DNA of 32,000 bases from Clostridia bacterium (GTDB taxonomy: Bacteria; Bacillota; Clostridia; HGM11514). The stretch spans positions 2,717 through 34,716 of the forward strand of contig JAZNAU010000033.1 in NCBI GenBank assembly GCA_045586685.1, read 5' to 3'. How positions within the stretch are numbered: the stretch's first letter is position 1; every line of letters starts with the position of its first letter. This document shows positions 26,596 through 32,000 of the stretch, one piece after another. A program made the position numbers and the translations under genes. Under the pieces are notes generated by a model. That model searched no databases and was not told the DNA's origin. It saw only the letters and a program-made list of their open reading frames with translations.

Positions 26596-26624
26596 ATTAT
26601 AACTGATTTTTGTGACTTTTGCAA
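26596..26624 (-). promoter_or_regulatory. SigmaA-type promoter of the mraZ/dcw operon (TTGCAA - 17 nt - TATAAT)
   Basis: The minus strand reads TTGCAA (26624-26619), the 17-nt spacer AAGTCACAAAAATCAGT, then TATAAT (26601-26596). It sits immediately upstream of the GTGG repeat array. Confidence 0.7.
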
Positions 26625-26859
26625 GAGGTTTTTTAAAAAAATTTAAATTTTTTTTACCGAAATATTTCAAAACACAATATCTTGTAACATTTTGGTAATC
26701 TAATACAATAAAATGTGCTCTTTTGTAATATTCTCTTAAAATTCGAAAAATCCTCTTTTTTTATATCTTGTATATTATGCATAATTTACCACAAAGTATT
26801 GTATATTGGAAATAAAGCAAACGTTTTTATATTCTTTACAGAAAGGTGATGAACCTGTT

Positions 26860-27597
26860 ATGCCAGACATTCCCACCAGAAGACCGCCCTCGAAAGCTGC
26901 GGAGCCTGAATCTCTTCCTATATTCTATCCCCGCATTACAGAACGAATGTTAATCAGCGGATGCTTATTCGCCCTTTGCTTTTTTGCAGGAAAAACGGAT
27001 GTATTTCACGACCGGACGGAACAACTGAAGAAAATTCTAAATACCCATACCGATCCACAAATTGTACGGATGAAGGCAGAGGAGGCAGTCAATTACTGCG
27101 AAACCTTCCTCCCTTCTTTAGAAGTAGGGGCGGAAAGTTTAGAGGACAGCACCCGCCAATATGACATTATCACACAAGAACAAGAATCGGTTTCTGTAAC
27201 AGCACAAACCGTTTTTTCCGTTCCTCTGAAGGGAGTGATTACCTCCGGATTCGGGGAACGAACCGACCCGTTAAATGAAACGGCAAGTTGGCACACAGGT
27301 CTTGATATTGCCGCCAACACCGGAACACCCATCGTTGCTTCCGCATCGGGAGAAGTCATTTTTTCAGGAGAGCTGGGTGGATATGGCTTAGCAGTAAAGC
27401 TTCGTCATCCGGACGGATTGGTGACCCTGTACGGCCACTGCAGTGAGTTGTTTGTTGAAGAGGGACAGACGATTTGCGCAGGAGAAACCATTGCCGCTGT
27501 TGGCAGTACAGGCAGAAGCACAGGACCTCATCTTCATTTTGAAATAATAAACGGAGAGGAATATTTAAATCCTTCCGACTACTTATCCTTTGTATGA
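26860..27597 (+). CDS. Membrane-anchored M23 (LytM-domain) metallopeptidase, SpoIVFA-like by context
   Basis: It has a TM segment (MLISGCLFALCFFAG) and a C-terminal M23 domain with intact HxxxD (HTGLD), YGH and HxH (GPHLHFEI) motifs. It is translationally coupled (ATGA) to the downstream M50 protease. The start is uncertain. The track start at 26806 is TTG. The ATG at 26860 has AGGTGA about 10 nt upstream. Confidence 0.85.
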   Translation: MPDIPTRRPPSKAAEPESLPIFYPRITERMLISGCLFALCFFAGKTDVFHDRTEQLKKILNTHTDPQIVRMKAEEAVNYCETFLPSLEVGAESLEDSTRQYDIITQEQESVSVTAQTVFSVPLKGVITSGFGERTDPLNETASWHTGLDIAANTGTPIVASASGEVIFSGELGGYGLAVKLRHPDGLVTLYGHCSELFVEEGQTICAGETIAAVGSTGRSTGPHLHFEIINGEEYLNPSDYLSFV

Positions 27598-28517
27598 AAC
27601 TGAGAATTTCACCCCTAATGCCCCTGTTACTTCTTTTGGGGTATGTAACCAATACATTGCCTTTTATGCTTGGAATGTACCTATGCCTGCTGATCCACGA
27701 GCTTGGTCATCTGATTACAGCGGTCAAACTTCACATGGGAGTTTCCTACTTAGGGATTCTCCCTTTCGGCATTGCTATCCGTTTGAAAGAAGAACAAACC
27801 CGTCCCATGAAAGAACGGATTTTGGTGGCGGCGGCAGGTCCCCTGGCAAGTTTTTTGGGTGCAGGGTTGGTTGTTCTTTGTCAGAAATGGCTTTTATCGG
27901 AACAGTTCTTTTTCCTTTTTTGCGGAAATTTTGCGTTGGGGCTGTTTAACTTACTGCCAATTTCAACTTTTGACGGAGGAAGAATACTTTTTTACTTGCT
28001 TTCTGACGCATTTGGGAGTATAATAGGATATCATAGGGTTGTTTTTTTGTCCCGAATTTCAGTTTGTCTGATGGCGGGGTTGGGATTGTTCATTCTGTAC
28101 ACGACCCGTTGGAATCCCTCTCTTTTAATGATTGCCTGCTTTTTTGGCTATAAAATGTGGGCAGAGGGAGGCTACGAGAGAGTGACCATGACCCAAAACG
28201 CCTTTGACTATCGACACAAGAAAAGATACGACGGTATCTATAAAACCAGAACCCTTACCGTCAACCACACGGTGCCCTTACGGCGGCTGTTAAAATACTT
28301 TTCTTCCGCCCGATACTGTGTGGTGCATATTGTGGACAATGAAATGAAACTTAAAACCACCCTGACCGAACAGGAGATTGCAGATGCACTCCTTTCGATT
28401 GGGGGAACAGTAACAGGAGAAAAAATATATGGATCGACTACTCAAACAAGTGCAAAAGCCTTCCCGCTACACGGGAGGAGAATGGGGCAGCATCAAAAAG
28501 GATCTGTCCGCCATTGA
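27594..28517 (+). CDS. spoIVFB: M50 family site-2 metalloprotease, SpoIVFB-like (C-terminal CBS-like region)
   Basis: 307 aa and polytopic. It has HELGH in a TM helix and the second motif NLLPISTFDGGRI. The C-terminal soluble region resembles a CBS domain. The last ~29 codons overlap the next gene out of frame. Confidence 0.8.
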   Translation: MKLRISPLMPLLLLLGYVTNTLPFMLGMYLCLLIHELGHLITAVKLHMGVSYLGILPFGIAIRLKEEQTRPMKERILVAAAGPLASFLGAGLVVLCQKWLLSEQFFFLFCGNFALGLFNLLPISTFDGGRILFYLLSDAFGSIIGYHRVVFLSRISVCLMAGLGLFILYTTRWNPSLLMIACFFGYKMWAEGGYERVTMTQNAFDYRHKKRYDGIYKTRTLTVNHTVPLRRLLKYFSSARYCVVHIVDNEMKLKTTLTEQEIADALLSIGGTVTGEKIYGSTTQTSAKAFPLHGRRMGQHQKGSVRH

Positions 28518-30267
28518 TATTCGGTTTGCATTCTGCTTTCCGGATGTGTACGAGGTGGGCATGTCCCATCTGGGAATGAAAATTCTATATCATTTACTCA
28601 ATACGAGAGAAAATATCTGGTGCGAGCGTGTTTTTGCCCCCTGGGACGATTTTGAAACCCTGCTCCGCCAACACAATAAGCCCCTGTTCGCATTGGAAAG
28701 CGGTGACCCCATCTGTAATTTTGATTTTGTGGGCTTTACCTTACAGTATGAAATGTGCTACACCAACGTATTAAATATGTTGGATTTGGGACATATCCCT
28801 GTAAAAACGGAAGACCGCAAGGAGGGTGACCCCTTTGTTTGTGCCGGAGGGCCTTGTGCGTATCACGCAGAACCTCTGGCTCCTTTTGTTGACTTTTTTA
28901 TTTTAGGAGAAGGAGAAGAAGTCAATTTAGAAGTGATGGATGCCTACTCCGAATGGAAACAGACGGGTGGCAGCAGAACCGACTTTCTTCTTAAAATTGC
29001 AAAAATTGAAGGAATTTATGTTCCCCAATTTTACGATGTCACCTATCACGAGGACAATACGGTAAAAGAAATCAAACCCAACGTATCGGGTGTTCCTTCT
29101 ACGATAAAAAAGAGAATTATCCGTGATTTGGACAAGGTGTATTATCCCGATAATCTGGTAGTCCCCTTTTCCGACATTGTTCATGACCGAATTATGCTGG
29201 AGGTGTTCCGTGGCTGTACCAGAGGGTGCCGTTTTTGTCAGGCAGGAATCATTTACCGACCTGTTCGGGAAAAGAGCCCTCAGGTGCTTACCGACTGTGC
29301 GGATTGTCTGATGAACAATACAGGCTATGAAGAATTGTCCCTTACCTCTTTGAGCACAGGGGATTATTCTCAATTTTCCGAGCTGACAGACACTTTGTTG
29401 GAGCACGCAGAGCAAAACCGTACCAATATTGCTCTCCCCTCTCTCCGTCTGGATTCCTTCAATCTGGATTTAATCAATCGGATTCAGAAGCAAAGAAAAT
29501 CCAGCTTTACCTTTGCTCCCGAAGCGGGAACCCAGAGAATGAGAGATGTGATTAACAAAAATATTACCGAGGAGGATTTGCTGTCCTCTGTCAAATTAGC
29601 CTTTGAAAACGGATGGAGCGGTATCAAGCTGTATTTTATGATTGGATTGCCCACTGAAACAGAGGAAGATGTTGCAGCCATCGGCGAGCTTGCCCATCTG
29701 GCATTGGATCAATATTACACTTTGGAACGAGGAAACCGACCTGCCAACCCCAGAATTACAGTCAGCTCCTCCTCCTTTATTCCCAAGCCCTTTACTCCTT
29801 TTAGTTGGGAGGCTCAGGACAGTATTGAAACCATTCAGGAAAAACAAAAGATACTGGGAGAAAACATTCATTCCAAAACGATTAAGTATAATTATCATGA
29901 TTCCAAAACAAGCCGTTTGGAAGGCATTTTTGCTCGCGGGGACAGAAGACTTTCGAAAGTGCTGTACACCGCTTGGAAAAAGGGCTGTAAAATGGACGGG
30001 TGGACCGAGTTTTTCAAATACGACACCTGGTTGGAAGCATTTCGTGAATGTGGTATTGACCCTGATTTTTATACCGCAAGAACCCGCCCTTACGAGGAAG
30101 TATTTCCTTGGGACCATATTGATGTGGGCGTCACAAAAGAATTTTTGATTCGTGAAAGCAAGCGGGCAAAAGAGGCAAAAACCACAAAGCCCTGTCTTTC
30201 TGCCTGTAATAAATGCGGTGCAGACTGCTTTGAAACAGGTATTTGCATGAAATACAAGGAGGGATAA
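28429..30267 (+). CDS. Radical SAM protein with B12-binding-like N-terminal domain (TIGR03960-like, function unknown)
   Basis: 612 aa. The N-terminus VQKPSRYTGGEWGSIKKD..IRFAFCFPDVYEVGMSHLGMKILY is typical of this family. The radical SAM cluster motif is CTRGCRFCQAG. The RBS AGGAGA lies 8 nt upstream. Confidence 0.88.
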   Translation: MDRLLKQVQKPSRYTGGEWGSIKKDLSAIDIRFAFCFPDVYEVGMSHLGMKILYHLLNTRENIWCERVFAPWDDFETLLRQHNKPLFALESGDPICNFDFVGFTLQYEMCYTNVLNMLDLGHIPVKTEDRKEGDPFVCAGGPCAYHAEPLAPFVDFFILGEGEEVNLEVMDAYSEWKQTGGSRTDFLLKIAKIEGIYVPQFYDVTYHEDNTVKEIKPNVSGVPSTIKKRIIRDLDKVYYPDNLVVPFSDIVHDRIMLEVFRGCTRGCRFCQAGIIYRPVREKSPQVLTDCADCLMNNTGYEELSLTSLSTGDYSQFSELTDTLLEHAEQNRTNIALPSLRLDSFNLDLINRIQKQRKSSFTFAPEAGTQRMRDVINKNITEEDLLSSVKLAFENGWSGIKLYFMIGLPTETEEDVAAIGELAHLALDQYYTLERGNRPANPRITVSSSSFIPKPFTPFSWEAQDSIETIQEKQKILGENIHSKTIKYNYHDSKTSRLEGIFARGDRRLSKVLYTAWKKGCKMDGWTEFFKYDTWLEAFRECGIDPDFYTARTRPYEEVFPWDHIDVGVTKEFLIRESKRAKEAKTTKPCLSACNKCGADCFETGICMKYKEG

Positions 30268-30268
30268 T

Positions 30269-30892
30269 ATGGCTGTCATTCGGTTACAATATACCAAAGA
30301 TGATGAATTAAAATATATTGCACATTTAGATACACTCCGTGCCTTTATCAGAGCACTCCGGCGAGCCAAGCTGCCTATTGCTTATTCTCAAGGCTTTAAT
30401 CCTCATCCCATTATTTCTTTTTTAATGCCCCTGTCTTTGGGTTTCACCAGTAATTGCGAAATGGTGGATATCGGTTTTTCGGAAGACATTTCTTATGACG
30501 AGGCGGCAAAACGATTGGACGAGGCACTGCCCCCCGGATTTCATGTGATTTCCGCCTCTGCTCCCGTTCACAAAGGGGCTGACATTACCGAGGCAGAATA
30601 CACGATTACCTTTCGGGGTGAAATTCCCGACGAAGAAGAAATCCACCGCTTTTTTACACAAAAGGAACTGATCGTGCCTAAAAAGAGCAAGCGCGGACTA
30701 AAAGATGTGGATATTATGCCCATGATTCATCAATTCCAATACGAGAAAGGCGTGCTTACTCTAAGACTTGCGGCAGGCACACCGGAAAACTTAAATCCGG
30801 AGCTGGTGATGACCCATTTTTCGGGAGACACTTGTTGGGATTATCAGATTTGCAGACAGCGTATTTTTTGCGGTAACGAACTGTTTACTTAA
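30269..30892 (+). CDS. Radical-SAM-linked protein (DUF2344 / TIGR03936-like)
   Basis: 207 aa. The sequence RLQYTKDDELKYIAHLDTLRAFIRALRRAKLPIAYSQGFNPHPIISF is the conserved N-terminal signature of DUF2344. The gene starts 1 nt after the radical SAM stop, with the RBS AAGGAGGGA. Confidence 0.85.
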   Translation: MAVIRLQYTKDDELKYIAHLDTLRAFIRALRRAKLPIAYSQGFNPHPIISFLMPLSLGFTSNCEMVDIGFSEDISYDEAAKRLDEALPPGFHVISASAPVHKGADITEAEYTITFRGEIPDEEEIHRFFTQKELIVPKKSKRGLKDVDIMPMIHQFQYEKGVLTLRLAAGTPENLNPELVMTHFSGDTCWDYQICRQRIFCGNELFT

Positions 30893-30909
30893 TGAAAGGC
30901 GTGAGAACT

Positions 30910-32000
30910 ATGAAACAAATTATTGCTGAAAACGGAATTCGTTTTTTTCAGATTCCCGCAAAGCAGTTTAAAACAATCAGCATCCGTGTTGCCCTTTACC
31001 GTCCTCTTTGTAAAGAAGAGGCGGCAAAGAACGCACTGATTGCAAGACTCTTAAAAAGCGGAACGGTTGGTTTTCCCACTCCCCTCGCCTTAAACCGTGC
31101 CTTGGATGAGTTGTACGGTGCTACCCTCGTTGCAGACATTGTACGGCGAGGAGAGGTGTCGGCTGTTACCTTTGGCATCAACTGTATTAAGGATGAGTTT
31201 ACAGGGGAAACAGGGGTGGTTCAGGCAGCCATCCGTCTGTTGTGTCAGGTGATTTCCAATCCCGTGACGGAAGGAAAAGGATTTTCCAAGGAGTTTTTTG
31301 AACGAGAACGGGAAAATCTGAAAATGAAGATTCAAAACCGCATCAACGATAAAAAGACCTATGCCTTTGAGCGGTGCTACGAAGAGATGTGTAAGGAGGA
31401 GCCCTTTGGGGTATATCCTTACGGTCAGGTGGAGGATTTGAAACAGTTAGACCCTCAATCCCTTTATGACCATTATCAAGAAATTTTAAAAAGCCCTATG
31501 GATGTTTTTGTATGCGGGGATGCGGATTTGGAAGAAATCATCCCCTTGTTTGCACACTTTTCTCCCACAGGCTCCATTCCCCAAACCTCTCTGATTACAG
31601 AGGTCAAAGAAGTAAAGCATGTGACAGAAGAATTGGATGTGAACCAAGGGAAATTGTCTATGGGATTCCGTACGGGGATTGGTGCAGACGACAAATTGTT
31701 TCCCGCCTTAACTCTTTATAACAGCATATTGGGATCAGGGGTCCATTCGAAACTGTTCCGCAACGTCCGTGAAAAACTGAGTCTTTGTTATTATGCCTAT
31801 TCCCGTCTGGAACGGTTTAAGGGAACCATGATGATTTCGTCAGGAATTGAATTTGATAAATTCAAAGATGCTTACGACGAAATTCTTCTGCAGACAGAGG
31901 AAATGAAACGGGGTAACATTTCAGATGAGGAGCTCAGCTCTGCCCGTTTCTCGCTGACCAATCAGTTAAGAGCCATGGCAGATACTCCTGCGTCGCTCCT
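30910..32000 (+). CDS. M16 (pitrilysin/insulinase) family protein, probably the non-catalytic type; 3'-truncated by window edge
   Basis: Absent from the ORF track because it has no stop in the window. I translated from the ATG at 30910 with no stop through to 32000: MKQIIAENGIRFFQIPAKQFKTISIRVALYRPL...LSMGFRTG...SILGSGVHSKLFRNVREKLSLCYYAYS.... The LFxxVRExxxLxYxxxS motif is typical of the M16 fold. No HxxEH zinc motif is seen in the N-terminal part. Confidence 0.75.
   Translation, partial: MKQIIAENGIRFFQIPAKQFKTISIRVALYRPLCKEEAAKNALIARLLKSGTVGFPTPLALNRALDELYGATLVADIVRRGEVSAVTFGINCIKDEFTGETGVVQAAIRLLCQVISNPVTEGKGFSKEFFERERENLKMKIQNRINDKKTYAFERCYEEMCKEEPFGVYPYGQVEDLKQLDPQSLYDHYQEILKSPMDVFVCGDADLEEIIPLFAHFSPTGSIPQTSLITEVKEVKHVTEELDVNQGKLSMGFRTGIGADDKLFPALTLYNSILGSGVHSKLFRNVREKLSLCYYAYSRLERFKGTMMISSGIEFDKFKDAYDEILLQTEEMKRGNISDEELSSARFSLTNQLRAMADTPASL

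Noticed and set aside
29596-30369. 257-aa minus-strand ORF inside the radical SAM and DUF2344 genes
   Set aside because: It is antisense to two genes with clear family signatures. The sequence is Cys/Phe-rich and junk-like.
1-32000. Search for mobile elements, defence islands, toxin-antitoxin pairs, tRNA/rRNA genes and prophage remnants
   Set aside because: I recognised no transposase, integrase or recombinase-like ORFs, no inverted terminal repeats, no tRNA-like T-arm motifs outside coding sequence, and no abrupt compositional shift. Gene content is conserved housekeeping and sporulation genes throughout.

Overview
This window looks like core chromosome from a low-to-moderate GC, spore-forming Firmicute (class Clostridia). 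I found no tRNA or rRNA genes, CRISPR array, transposase, integrase, or recognisable defence, toxin or phage genes.

Gene content, left to right:
1. The distal part of a Na+-translocating biotin-dependent decarboxylase operon (OadG-like anchor, biotin carrier, beta pump), on the minus strand.
2. An unusual membrane protein carrying five FCGECGA zinc knuckles.
3. The class III heat-shock operon ctsR-mcsA-mcsB-clpC, with a textbook sigmaA promoter and a CtsR direct-repeat operator.
4. A 390-bp non-coding gap containing 3 x 24-bp tandem repeats.
5. On the minus strand, rpsT, then the B. subtilis-like yabR-divIC-yabQ-yabP-yabO block with hup, then mazG and a SpoVB/MurJ-type flippase.
6. A compact dcw cluster running mraZ-rsmH-ftsL-bPBP-murE-murF-mraY-ftsW-murG-murA-ftsQ-ftsZ. 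Upstream of it I can read a TTGCAA-17-TATAAT promoter followed by four GTGGKR repeats at exact 10-bp spacing, which I interpret as the MraZ operator.
7. Divergent from mraZ, a translationally coupled M23 peptidase and SpoIVFB-like M50 site-2 protease pair. After it come the uncharacterised radical-SAM pair (TIGR03960-like plus DUF2344/TIGR03936-like) and a 3'-truncated M16-family protein.

Several ORF-track entries are over-extended at the N-terminus. I re-called those starts from RBS context: rpsT, yabO, murA, murG, mraY, mraZ, the flippase, the OadG-like gene and the M23 gene.

I do not see a convincing novel multi-gene system. The items most worth a second look are the zinc-knuckle membrane protein, the tandem-repeat intergenic region, the terminator-containing spacer inside the dcw operon, the M23/M50/radical-SAM arrangement with an 89-nt gene overlap, and the dcw cluster lacking ftsA and murD.
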